DNA of 64,000 bases from Macrostomum hystrix (lineage: Eukaryota > Animalia > Platyhelminthes): contig CATNEN010000001.1 of NCBI GenBank assembly GCA_950097015.1, positions 16,492,001-16,556,000 of the forward strand, in the 5' to 3' direction. Within the stretch, counting starts at the first letter, position 1, and each line of letters starts with the position of its first letter. Below, in pieces: positions 12,801-23,182 of the stretch. The notes under the pieces are model-generated. The model saw nothing but the letters and a program-made list of their open reading frames with translations, searched no databases and was not told where the DNA came from. Made by a program: the position numbers and the translations under genes.

Positions 12801-15551
12801 AGTGATTATGCGAGCGTAAGATTAAAAGATCATCACCCCCACTTCCCTGGCGGTGGAAGCGAGAGGGGGAACGGAAGGGAAACTCAATTGGCAGGGGAGC
12901 TTGACACGCGCTCCCAATTCCGCCAGGAAACGAGGAAAACCCGCCAAGGAATTCCCCACCCCTGGGCAGAAAGACAACACGTGCTACACTCCGCATTTTA
13001 CTTGCAAATCCCTAGCTCCATATTGCTCTCATACGCGCTTACAATTGCCTTCCTGCCGCAGCTTTCAGCTCGGCTGTGCCAGAGCCCATTCCCCTAATAG
13101 ATTAGCCACTCATGGTAGAGGGCTGTCTAAGGTGAAAATAAAGAGAAAGTAATAGCATGACGGAAGGATTTAAATTGTTATTAAATTGGCCTAATGTTTG
13201 AATAATTGGCTAGTAATTACTGCTTTTATTAGGCTAGATAAATCCCTCGCCCAAGCCCGTAGCTTCCGCCTAGACTAAAGAAAGGTTCCTTTGGACTAAC
13301 AATGGTAAAACCGCTGCGCGGGTTACTTAGCTGATGTCGCTTCGGCCGCGTGCTGCAATCCCGTTGTTCTCGGGGAAGAGGATGGGGTAAGACAGCAAAG
13401 GCCGGGAAGGGAAAGATGCTGCGAGTCGGCAGGGGCCCACACGCTTGGAGCTCAAGGCTCAATTTCAACGGCTCACCTAAAGAGGTGGCTCGCGCTCAGG
13501 GGGAATGGGGGCAGGCAATGGGCCCGCGCTAACTGTGGAGCTATGAGCTCTAGGGTCTATGCCCTAAGTGGGTCCGGAAAGGTGCTCTGGGTCCGGTGGG
13601 AGTCCGGCCCGGCAAAAGTAAGTCCGGCAGGGAAGAAGGGGAAGAGCCGGTGGGAGAAAAAAGGTCCTAGAGGGAGCAGCGCAGCGCGCTTGCTTAAATA
13701 GGCCTTGCAGCACGCCAACCCCGACATCCATCAAAGCAACCCACATTCGCGCCCGCCTGTCAACGGGGAATCGAAGCGACGACAGGCCGCCCCAATTGCC
13801 CAATGAACCGGCGGCGGGAAACGACAGGTGCTCATCGAGAGCAGCCATCGGCAGACGGCCAACAATTGTTACTCCGCCGGGACAATGGAAGCGCAGGCGC
13901 CGACCTGCCTACAGTGACATTTACGAGTATCTACAAGGGGGAGATCATAAAGTCGAGCTGGGCTCGAATACTGTAAAGAAGAGGGGACTTTAAAGAATTT
14001 AATGATCACTCATAACGCGCGAGTGAGCCCCTATATCTGATCGCGGTTTGGAGGGGAATTATGACCTAAACTAGTTCATACAGTAACATTATGGCCGCGA
14101 TCAGTCATTCCTACGGGGAGTCTAGACAACTCCGGAGAGAGAGGATTCGACAGCTACTTGATTCACCGCCGCCTCAAACCCGGCCCTAAGATTAATGATC
14201 TTGTTTTGTGGCCAGCTGCTATGTGGGTCGCAATTATTAGTTACTTAAAAATTTGAAAAATTATGCTGGCTCACATTCCCGCTCGATTCCCGCAGCACAC
14301 TCCACATCAGATGCATGTTTACAAGTAGATGTATAACTCAATTTGCTCTATACCTTTCATACTGCAGTTCTGTGCAACGTCAAGGGGTCCGACGACTCAA
14401 TGAGTTGCGTCACTTCAGAGGCCACGAATGGGAGATGTGGCTGCTGGCGTATGGGCCCATGGTGTTGCATGGAATCTTAGACGATAGACACTTTCAGCAT
14501 TTCATGCTACTGTCGTCGGCAACCTTTTTTCTGACATTGGAGCGGGTGCCATCCAGTGAACTGCCCCACGTAAAGCAGTCACTGCTGTACTTCCACCGGA
14601 AGTTATGGCGCCTCTACTCAAATCGTGCGCTAACATATAATGTGCACCAGGTATGTGCGGCTCTTGTAATAGTACACACACATAAAGTTCCGTAAGTGTT
14701 GGCTCTGATATCGTTGACTTAATGTGCGTCATCAAACATGCATAGGTCTGTCGCCATATGCTGCAGCATGTAATCCTTGGAGGGCCCCTACACTACCAGT
14801 CCGCTGGTCTATTCGAGACCATGCATTCCCGACTGCGGCGACGTATTCACGGATCTCGCAACGTGGATGTTGAGCTCGTTCGTGCCATTGAGCGAGATGT
14901 TGCTGCCCTCGAGGTATGATTTGTGGCAGAAGAAAAGCACTTTTATAAGTAATATCCTTTCTTTCCTTCTGTGCTTCTACGCTTCATGCTTGACAGGTTG
15001 CGGCCGAATACCAGGGCGTTCTCATCGGCAATAGAGGCGCCCTATATGGCAATGGACGCTCTGAGCTTACCAGCGTGTCGGTTGGGTCGCAGCGCGTAGT
15101 CCTCAGTCGACCAACAAGTATGGTGAACGGTTGGATTGGCGCCTACTTAACGACGGGTCTTTTCATCGAAGTATGGAAACATCGCATCGAAGGGTCCCCG
15201 AGGTCGACGTCTGCATTCGTTGGCCTACGGGATCAGGAGCCATTTAGCTTCCGCTTCGGTCGCGTCGCCGGTATTGACCGTCATGGTTTGAATAAGGTCC
15301 GCATTGATGTCGAACTTCTTCCTGTTGCGCCGGCCGTGAATTATTTGACACAACTGTCAAACGTTCGCTCTGACGCCAATGAACGCGGATGCCCCTGTGC
15401 ACATGTTCGGCGTTTGTTGACCGACCCGTTCGGAGATTTGACAGCCTTTGGACTTTGCGTGCAGGTGAACATTGATGAAGTTGTCGGTGTCTGTGCTGTC
15501 TCTGAATCGTACATTGCTCTGCTGCCTCACTCTCAGTTGTGCTACTCCTGA
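9805..15551 (+). CDS. EnSpm/CACTA-type transposase, spliced (exons ~9805-10416, 10537-10966, 11062-11464, 11551-~11985, ~14314-14650, 14746-14913, 14997-15551), interrupted by a solo LTR
   Basis: GT-AG junctions phase-consistent; motifs CxxC..CxxC, YTFASDG...CPVYLSINE, FDAPARA..YGCERC, GVKCLSPL, RHFRGHEWEMWLLAYGP..FQHF, YNVHQ, GGPLHYQSAGLFE are characteristic of CMC transposases. Confidence 0.9.
9985..10302 (+). repeat. 36-bp coding tandem repeat (ESDSESHANAGS, ~9 copies) in transposase exon 1
   Basis: Direct inspection. Confidence 0.95.
11986..14309 (-). mobile_element. Solo LTR (2.3 kb), inverted, inserted in the transposase gene; same family as the LTR ending at 6813
   Basis: TG...CA termini, GATG 4-bp TSD (11982-11985 and 14310-14313), reverse-complement homology to 4975-6813; removing it restores a continuous frame (SINRC-MFTSRC). 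Confidence 0.88.
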
Positions 15552-15978
15552 ATTTTATTCATCACCCACTCGCTATTACTGGTAATGCAACGGAGAACCT
15601 TCGAGTGCCCGCGTTCGACGCCTATGACTCCCCGTTGTTACGAAGTAGAATATACGCTTTGTACACAGGTACCACTGTGTACTTATTTTTTGCCCGGTAA
15701 TCATCATGTATCACATATATATAGACGACTTCACTTCAAGTGACTTGTACTTTCAGACTGTCATTTCATTTCTATTACGTTCTCGCCATAATTTACGTAG
15801 ATTAACAAAGATTAACAAAGATGAACAAAAACCTCTCTAAAAAGTAGGTAGCTCTTCATATCCCAATTCCAAAAGTAATATAACCCGATCTCGAAATGTG
15901 CGATTACATTTCTTACTCCCTTTTCACAATGACAACTGTTCCAACGTTTGAGTACTTGCACCAACTTGCAGCTAAAGC

Positions 15979-16863
15979 ATGGACCATTGGACACACGCTG
16001 CAAACTGCTCAATTTGCGGTGCGCTTGTGGAAGAAAACCGCATACTACGCGCCGAACTGAACCGTTTACGAACGGGGCGAGCTCCGTCCCCTGTTTTCAG
16101 CACTAGTCGCTCACTTCGTGTTCGGAGAGCAGTCGTGTCATCCGACGAACTGCCCTGCACACAAACTCTGAACAGTGCATGGCCTTTTGCCGAGGATGCC
16201 ACATCCGAGACAGTAGGATCCGCTGGCTGCCTGTCCCAGGACTGGAATGACGAAGGTTCGGAGACAGTAGGACCCGCTGGCTGCCTGTCCCAGGACTGGA
16301 ATGACGAAGGTTCGGAGACAGTAGGACCCGCTGGCTGCCTGTCCCAGGACTGGAATGACGAAGGTTCGGAGACAGTAGGACCCGCTGGCTGCCTGTCCCA
16401 GGACTGGAATGACGAAGGTTCGGAGACAGTAGGACCCTTTGTGGCGTCAACCGAGGCCCATGCACCTTCTGCGTCATCCACAGATGCAGATGCGGACCTG
16501 TATCATCGCTACTGTGCTGATTATAATCAGCTACCGGAGCCCCACAGAATGCAGCATGCTTGCGTCTTCACTGCGCGCAAGCGCGAGGAGCGCATGGAGC
16601 TGGAAGCCCACTGCTGCGTAGAATGCGAGAACTGGTATGCGGACCTCTCACCTAACACCAAACGACAGCGGCTACAACTGGCTGGTCGTCATCGGTCAAA
16701 CCAACCTCGGCCGCGATATGACAAGGACTTCTTCAAGATTGCCATGCCAGAAACGCCTCCAGAGGCGCCGGTGGAAGCCATGCACGTTGGACTGCGACGC
16801 CGTATCCCGCTGAAGGGGGCTACGGGCAGGCAGGAGTTTATGAAACCGAAGGAGTCATCTTAA
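15979..16863 (+). CDS. 294-aa intronless protein with a CtIP/Sae2 (RBBP8)-like C-terminal domain, N-terminal CxxC plus short coiled coil, and 54-bp repeats
   Basis: ARKREERMELEAHCCVECENWYADLSPNTKRQRLQLAGRHRSNQPRPRYDKDFFKIAMPET aligns without gaps to the human CtIP C-terminus ([61 protein letters not shown], recalled from memory); CxxC and RHR are conserved. Confidence 0.85.
   Translation: MDHWTHAANCSICGALVEENRILRAELNRLRTGRAPSPVFSTSRSLRVRRAVVSSDELPCTQTLNSAWPFAEDATSETVGSAGCLSQDWNDEGSETVGPAGCLSQDWNDEGSETVGPAGCLSQDWNDEGSETVGPAGCLSQDWNDEGSETVGPFVASTEAHAPSASSTDADADLYHRYCADYNQLPEPHRMQHACVFTARKREERMELEAHCCVECENWYADLSPNTKRQRLQLAGRHRSNQPRPRYDKDFFKIAMPETPPEAPVEAMHVGLRRRIPLKGATGRQEFMKPKESS
16205..16437 (+). 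repeat. 54-bp coding tandem repeat (SETVGPAGCLSQDWNDEG, ~4.3 copies)
   Basis: Direct inspection. Confidence 0.95.
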
Positions 16864-17502
16864 GACTGCTTTTCACGACTGTCAAGAAACGCTTCTCAGT
16901 GTGGCCAAAATTCCCTTCTCTGTGGTGGTATAAAAAAATCCCGTCGATAGATTGTAACCTTACCCATACCCATAATTATGTGAATAGTGTTGCAAACTGT
17001 CTAGTAGTATTCTATCGACCAGATCGGTTGCGCAATGCAGGGTCAATCATGTTTAGACTTCTAATTGTACATTCATAGTTCTCCAGTGTCCTTCTGATCA
17101 GTCCCTTCGATGTCCTCCATTTCCTTTATTTACCTATCTGGTAAAGCTTGCGCATCCGGAGTTTGCTAGTAACCATGAGGCTCTGAACTACTGTCGCTGG
17201 GAAGAAAAGGTACAAATGGAAGGCGCATGCTGCTGATAAAAGATTCTAGCCTCACGTGTACAATCAGTTCCTAGCTGGGACTCTTTGAATGCATTTTTGT
17301 TAGTGACTACATTCGAACATGTCTTTTCGTCGCTATCTGCGGCGCCAAATTATTTTCTGCCTTTGAGTCACTGAGTCATTAATGATTCACAATTGTTGCT
17401 TTTGTGGTTGTCCACAATTGTGTTATGGTTGTCGTTGTTGTTCTAACCATATTTTTGCAGACCGTCGTCAATTACTAAACTTACGAAGCTAAAGCCTTCA
17501 AG

Positions 17503-19280
17503 ATGCCGGCTAAAGGTCATAAGACGCGACACACTGCGAAGAAGACCAACAAGACTGGAAGTGGCCAAAAGAAAGAAGCAGCTAGTAAGGCCAACAAGGA
17601 CTCTGTAACGAACCCAAACACTGCAGAACAGCCAGAGAACGCTGTCGAAACTTCAACCACGAAGTATCGGCCATACAAGGTTGAACTGACAGCTCGCTGG
17701 TTTGTTTTTGAGTTCGTCGACTCTGGCCACTGGCAGGTGGTTTCGACTGGAGACCATGCCTGTCGTGTAGTGTCTGTGCTGGCGGACGCCCCACAAGCTC
17801 CAGTGGACGTTGGATCAGAGGTCCAGATTGTGCGCACTGCCAGGTAAGCTTGACATAATTTGCCAAACTGAAGACTTATAGATCCAGAATGAGGATAATG
17901 TACTTAACAAATGCTATTATCGAAACTCTATCTACACTGCAGCTCAGGTGCCAAGCGATGGTGCGGCAAGCTCGTCAAAGGCCCAAAAAGCACAAAAGAT
18001 GAGGCCAGGGCAATCGCTCAAATGGCTTTGTTGGAAGTGAACGAGCCAGACCTTCCACGAAACTGCCCTTCGTGCACTAGCCTACTCATTCAGGCCAATC
18101 GTAATCGAGACCTAACGTCAACTCTGCGTATGTACTCACGACACGAGGCGAGGGTCATTTCACAAATTCGTGCATTAATGAATAAAGAAATATCCCATTC
18201 TCCTTCAATTGTTTCTTGCGTTGCCTGTTAATTGCCACTGTATGAACTCTTTGCACAATTCGTGGAATGGCCCTCGAATAATTTTGTATTTCTGCGTTTC
18301 GGACTTATAATTTCTTTAATACTCTTCAATAAAACAGAATTCCTGCATATATCTCATCCATTATAGGCGAAGAGTTGCACCGAGAGCGCGAACGGGTGCA
18401 GGAAAGAGAAGCTGAGATAGCTACTGTGCGACAGCAATGTGCTTTTCTAACCCGTCGCGTCGCAACATTGGAAGCCGATTCACGCCTTCATCAACGCGTT
18501 GTGACAACAATGCAGCACAGACAGCAGGAGGTCAACGCACTTTTGACGAAGGCCTCGTCAAAACTGGTCGAGCCGGTCAGTCATGACCACCAAGACATTG
18601 TAGCCCATGACGTAGACATCGACGCTGCTGCTGCCATGCACGATCCTGCGGCCTCTGATCTAGCTTTTGTTGCCCATGCACCGCTGTCGGTGTCGCAAAC
18701 TCGGGTCTTGGAAGACCAGGTGCAGCATCGATCGACGGCCGACTGCGATAGCTCTGAATTGAAGCCGCTAAGTCCCCAGCAGCTATTCGTGCTGGTGCCT
18801 GCTGCTCGTATAGCCGAAATAAACAGCAGGAGGGCTACGTTGGAGAAGTACCGCAACACCGAAAATTGTCCGGCTTCACTACTATTGCGTGCAAAGTTGG
18901 CGCTGGCCCGCTCACTTATTCGGGCTTTTTTCTCAGACAGAGAGCTAACTGTCTCAAACATCACCGGTCGTAATGTCGCCGGCCGGACAACAGTACCGGC
19001 GAATCCGGCGAAGGTAAAATTAATGGAAGCCTACCTGAAAGACAACGGCGCCACTTTGTCGCCGCGTGAAGCCGGTAAACTGTTTGCAACATGCAAGGAG
19101 ACGGCCTTAAAACGCCTCGGCCTGTATGCTCCAAAAGCGAAGTCGGCTGCTTCGAGTCGAGCCAAACAATCGACCCATTCACGACACCAGCCACAGACTG
19201 AAGTGGTTCGTGAACTGCAGCCGCAGCCGCCCGCCGCCGAGGATCACGTGGATCTATTGAACTCCATGATGGAAGGCTGA
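17503..19280 (+). CDS. Spliced accessory gene (exons 17503-17843, 17943-18127, 18367-19280) with CxxC, coiled coil and C-terminal BEN-like domain
   Basis: Phase-consistent GT-AG introns; LARSLIRAFFSDRELTVSNITGR...ANPAKVKLMEAYL matches the BEN-domain pattern (LL..FF...EL...N.TG...LDP.KV..I..Y). Confidence 0.78.
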
Positions 19281-19476
19281 GTGGGATTGATGAGCAGACA
19301 CGCGACCCAAATTTGGCGAACTCCCGACCCGGAGACTGCGAATCCAATCCCATGATTTAAGTCTCTTACAATCTCGATCCTCAGACTTGAAATCCCGATC
19401 CGAAAACTGAACATCCCGATCCTCAGTCTAGAAATCCCGATTCCCAGGCGGCAAATCCCATATCCCGTCCCTTGAA

Positions 19477-19708
19477 TCATGGAGCTGGAGTCGTTTTTTG
19501 TAGCTTTGGGTCGGAATGACAGTTTTTTGTGTAGGCTCCATTTTTTCACAGTTCCGTTTTGCATATCTTGCAACGTATTTTGCTTTTATTCCCAGGCATT
19601 TACCCATCGTGGCTATAGTCGATATAGCAAAAGTAGAATCATGGAGCTGGAGTCGTTTTTTGTAGCTTTGGGTCGGAATGACAGTTTTTTGTGCAGGCTC
19701 CATTTTTC
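19477..19708. repeat. ~70-bp direct repeat (19477-19546 and 19639-19708)
   Basis: aatcatggagctggagtcgttttttgtagctttgggtcggaatgacagttttttgtg.aggctccatttttt is present twice. Confidence 0.9.
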
Positions 19709-19885
19709 ATGTCAAATTGTATGTTTCAAATTGCATGTCAAATAAATATTCAAGACGACGATTGTAGTCACTTCATAAAATGTTCTTTAATTCTTGCCAC
19801 AGCTTGATGGCTATTAAATGAAATGTTTATACACATGTATTTGAATTGTGTATTCCATGCCTTTCGTCGTTTCTATATTACATGG

Positions 19886-20092
19886 CCGTTTCGATGTCCG
19901 GATCTCAGTCCGTCCCATCCGTGGGTGCCCTGGTCCGCTTCCTCGTCCGTTTCGATGTCCGGATCTCAGTCCGTCCCATTCGTGGGTGCCCTGGTCCGCT
20001 TCCTCGTCCGTTTCGATGTCCGGATCTCAGTCCGTCCCATCCGTGGGTGCCCTGGTCCGCTTCCTCGTCCGTTTCGATGTCCGGATCTCAGT
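19886..20092. repeat. 61-bp tandem repeat (~3.4 copies), GTCC-rich, in the right subterminal region of the CACTA element
   Basis: Direct inspection. Confidence 0.93.
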
Positions 20093-20386
20093 CTGCTGTA
20101 AAAAGAAAACGGAAATATAAACGGAAAAACTTCTGGGCATCATACGGGCCAGGAGTTGGACTTGTAGCTGCCAAATCTTCCAAATCTGCCAAATAAGTCC
20201 GTATACGTGACCTTTGTCCGCTTTTTTTTACACTGCGTAGATAGGCCACTTCCGGAAAATTTGTCCGGCAAAAACGGTAGAGGGCGTGCCATAAACAGGA
20301 CTAAAAAACGGAAATAAAGTTCCCCGGGTTAGCGACAACCCCCTCAATTTTTGCAAAATCCTAATTTCCGGTTGGACTTCGCCACG

Positions 20387-20833
20387 ATGGAGGAGGCTGC
20401 AGCCGAGCTGCGCGCCGCCACTCAGGCGTTTGAGATGGCTGCCGAGCGAGATCCGCGTCGGAGGGTACGCCAGGTTAGGGCAGAGCTGGACGAGGGGCAG
20501 GAGCACCCCAGTGAAATCCAGGCCGTCCGCCGGGAACAACAGCAGCTGGCGCAAGAATTGGACAAAGTCACCCAACAGCTAGCGGAGGTCACGCGGCAGC
20601 TGCGGGAGCCGAAGCCGACCCCGGTCCACCCTCCTTGCCAGCACCCAACTGGGCACCATTGGTACCCCAGGCAGGAGAAGCCGTGGGCACGAAGAAGGTA
20701 CCGCGAGGGCTCTGCCGCGGGAAACGGGAGTGGTGGTGCCGACTGGAGGCAGCTCAATTACCCGGAAGCGCCTCAGGCAGCTCGGGCGATCGAGGCCCCC
20801 CCGTCAGTGCCTCCCTCCTCGAAGTCCGAGTGA
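20387..20833 (+). CDS. Short Gag-like coiled-coil ORF of the LTR element
   Basis: Lies downstream of the PBS/leader and immediately upstream of the protease; coiled coil QQQLAQELDKVTQQLAEVTRQL; no capsid or zinc-knuckle motif recognised. Confidence 0.5.
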   Translation: MEEAAAELRAATQAFEMAAERDPRRRVRQVRAELDEGQEHPSEIQAVRREQQQLAQELDKVTQQLAEVTRQLREPKPTPVHPPCQHPTGHHWYPRQEKPWARRRYREGSAAGNGSGGADWRQLNYPEAPQAARAIEAPPSVPPSSKSE

Positions 20834-20859
20834 ACTCACTCGGCCGAGTCCCCACCTGA

Positions 20860-21264
20860 GTGCGCACCCGCCCCAACCGCTCTGAGAAGCTTAGTGAGGT
20901 GTGGGTCGCCTTGGAGGTGGACGGAGCACCCCATGACCTCCTGATCGACACTGGGTCAATAGTGAATGTGCTCCCGGGCTCGTTGTTATCAATCTTCTCC
21001 TATTACTTATTCGAACCCCCTCAATTTTCTTTAGTTGCTTACAATGGCACCCCTAAAATTGCACAGGCGCAAGTCAAGGTCAAGTTACGGGTTGGCGCCG
21101 AAGCGTTGGACACGCTGTTCTTAGTGGTCGAGGGCGATTGCTCTCCCCTACTCGGCGCCTCCTGGTTGGCTCAACACCATGCCATTCCTTACTTTGACTC
21201 GCGCCAATTAATCATTTACCGCCAGTCCATTCCCTTTTCGCTCAGGCGGAAGCCTGCATTTTAG
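20860..21264 (+). CDS. Retroviral-type aspartic protease (retropepsin), terminating without RT
   Basis: LLIDTGSIVNVL and C-terminal PLLGASWL motifs. Confidence 0.88.
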   Translation: MRTRPNRSEKLSEVWVALEVDGAPHDLLIDTGSIVNVLPGSLLSIFSYYLFEPPQFSLVAYNGTPKIAQAQVKVKLRVGAEALDTLFLVVEGDCSPLLGASWLAQHHAIPYFDSRQLIIYRQSIPFSLRRKPAF

Positions 21265-21588
21265 GTTGGGGTAAGAGGGTAGAGAAAAACCTCCTCACCT
21301 CCCTTCTCTCTCCCTTTCCTCCCTCCCCCTTGCGACTATTTAGACTAGAGGCTAGAGGAGGAGCCGGGGAGTTTAGGAGGAACATAGTCGGTCAGCGCTA
21401 ACGAAAAATAGTTGTTATGGCTGGCTTGAGCATTACTGTGGCCTGGTGGCTAGAAGTAGTCGCCACTGACTATCGGCGAGAACTGGCCGGCAGGAGGACG
21501 TGGATCATGGTCCGCCTGTGGCTGCTCCCCGCATTGGGCCGCGCGGCACAGGCCGGAGTGGACCTCGCCCTGGCATGCCGGCGGGTGG

Positions 21589-21990
21589 ATGGCGCAGGCA
21601 TGGGTCGAAGAACGGGATCCAAGCCCGCCAAGAGGAGAGAACGAGGAAGCTCTGCCTTGGAACCTCCGGTGGCCCGAGTACAGCCCGCCAGAAGACTGGG
21701 GCATGGCAGTGCCCGAAGCCCTTATGTCCTGGCTACAGGCTACTCGGATCCCTAGCAGAGAGGATTTTGAGCATCAGCTAGTGGTATCGCGGATTGGCGA
21801 AGCCGTCCGGAGACGATCCTCCGGACTGGGCTCTGCGCCATGGAGAAGCTGGGCAGCAGAAGTGTCGACCATTGAGGAGCCGCCACCAGGGGACAGTACG
21901 CTCGGCCACATGGTAAGACAAATGGAAGGGGAAGAAGATAGCGAAGATCTAGCAGAGAGTACGCCCATCAAGGAGGAAGTAGAAGAATAG
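21589..21990 (+). CDS. Unknown 133-aa ORF with an acidic C-terminus in the LTR element interior
   Basis: ATG-initiated ORF, W/P/E-rich; no motif recognised. Confidence 0.3.
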   Translation: MAQAWVEERDPSPPRGENEEALPWNLRWPEYSPPEDWGMAVPEALMSWLQATRIPSREDFEHQLVVSRIGEAVRRRSSGLGSAPWRSWAAEVSTIEEPPPGDSTLGHMVRQMEGEEDSEDLAESTPIKEEVEE

Positions 21991-23011
21991 GGAAACTCAG
22001 GTTAGAATTAATGGGGTGGTGGCCGCGGAATAGTTATAATAGGACCCTTATCCACTGGGCCTCCGTTCCCTGTCCCCCCTAGCCTTTTCTTTTTATTCTC
22101 GTCCCTTTTCCGTTCCTTTAGTAACTCTTCGCACCGCGCACTCTCTCTCATATCGTCGTGTTTTTCCTTTTCCAACCAAAAGCCACCTTGGCGCCCAAAG
22201 CTCTCTTAAAAATTATTATAATTTAGCCAAAATCCCAAAAACATACGTAGTGGGGTGAAATTCCCCTTGTGAGATTTTCGCATGAGATGTTTTCAATAAT
22301 TGTAGCAAACTAGGAAGTGCACCTTCTTTTTCTCAACATTCAACTTTTATTCGCACCGTATTATGACTGGCACCTTTATTTATCTTTTTGCTTCAGGTGG
22401 GTCTGTGGAGTTCATCTCGGGACAATTTCTATTTTAGGAAGGGTACCAACCCGCTAAAGTGAGCGGGGTGGTATACATGGGAGTTCTATGTTCATGGAGG
22501 GGGGGCAGTCATAAATCAAGGAACTGAACGGGCATATAGTAGGACTTAAGGGAAACGTTTCCATTGGCTCAGAGGGTGGCAGAGTTCAAATGGTGGCCTC
22601 TTTTCTCAGGGAAGTGTGAGGGGAAGGAAGGGACACTTAGCCAGGGAACATGGATGTTTACAACTAGGATGAGTCAATGGAACTGCGGGCACCTAAGTAA
22701 GGACACTGTTATATGTTCTTCGGGCCAAATTAAAACTTACTATTAGTAAGGGATTGAACTTTAGTGGTCAGAATTGAGGTGGCATGTTATCCTTCAGGGG
22801 TCTCGTAAGGTATGAGCGGCTTCGTTAAAAGAACTTAACTAGGAGATCACGTAAGGATTCACATTACTCAGTTCACTATGGGCTGTATAAATGCACTCAC
22901 TTTTGACAAGAAACTATATTTACATAAAACGAAAAAAGACCCAACGGGTACGCGATCGATGACAATGTTACTGCTATTGGTAGGACAGCGCGTTCATAAC
23001 CTAGGTGGGTC

Positions 23012-23182
23012 TCACTGGCGCCGGTGAGCGACCCAGAATACGGCTGCGGCCGCCAACAGGCCTGCCGCTATGGCGATGGCACTCGTACCAGTCAGAGCCT
23101 TGTTTATCAGCGCACCCAGCGTGGCCTCCTGGCCTGGAGCCAGTTCAATGTCTGCGGAAAGTAGGGTAGTTGTTGTCTTCAT
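23012..23182 (-). CDS. 56-aa small single-pass membrane protein candidate
   Basis: MKTTTTLLSADIELAPGQEATLGALINKALTGTSAIAIAAGLLAAAAVFWVAHRRQ*: hydrophobic stretch followed by HRR. Confidence 0.4.
   Translation of the reverse strand: MKTTTTLLSADIELAPGQEATLGALINKALTGTSAIAIAAGLLAAAAVFWVAHRRQ

Larger units (their letters stand above)
8145..20328 (+). mobile_element. Complete CACTA/EnSpm (CMC superfamily) DNA transposon, 12.2 kb including two nested solo LTRs
   Basis: Perfect 19-bp TIR CCCGGGGAACTTTATTTCC (8145-8163; reverse complement ends at 20328), 2-bp TT TSD on both sides, GTCC/GGAC-rich subterminal repeats, EnSpm-type transposase inside. Confidence 0.93.
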
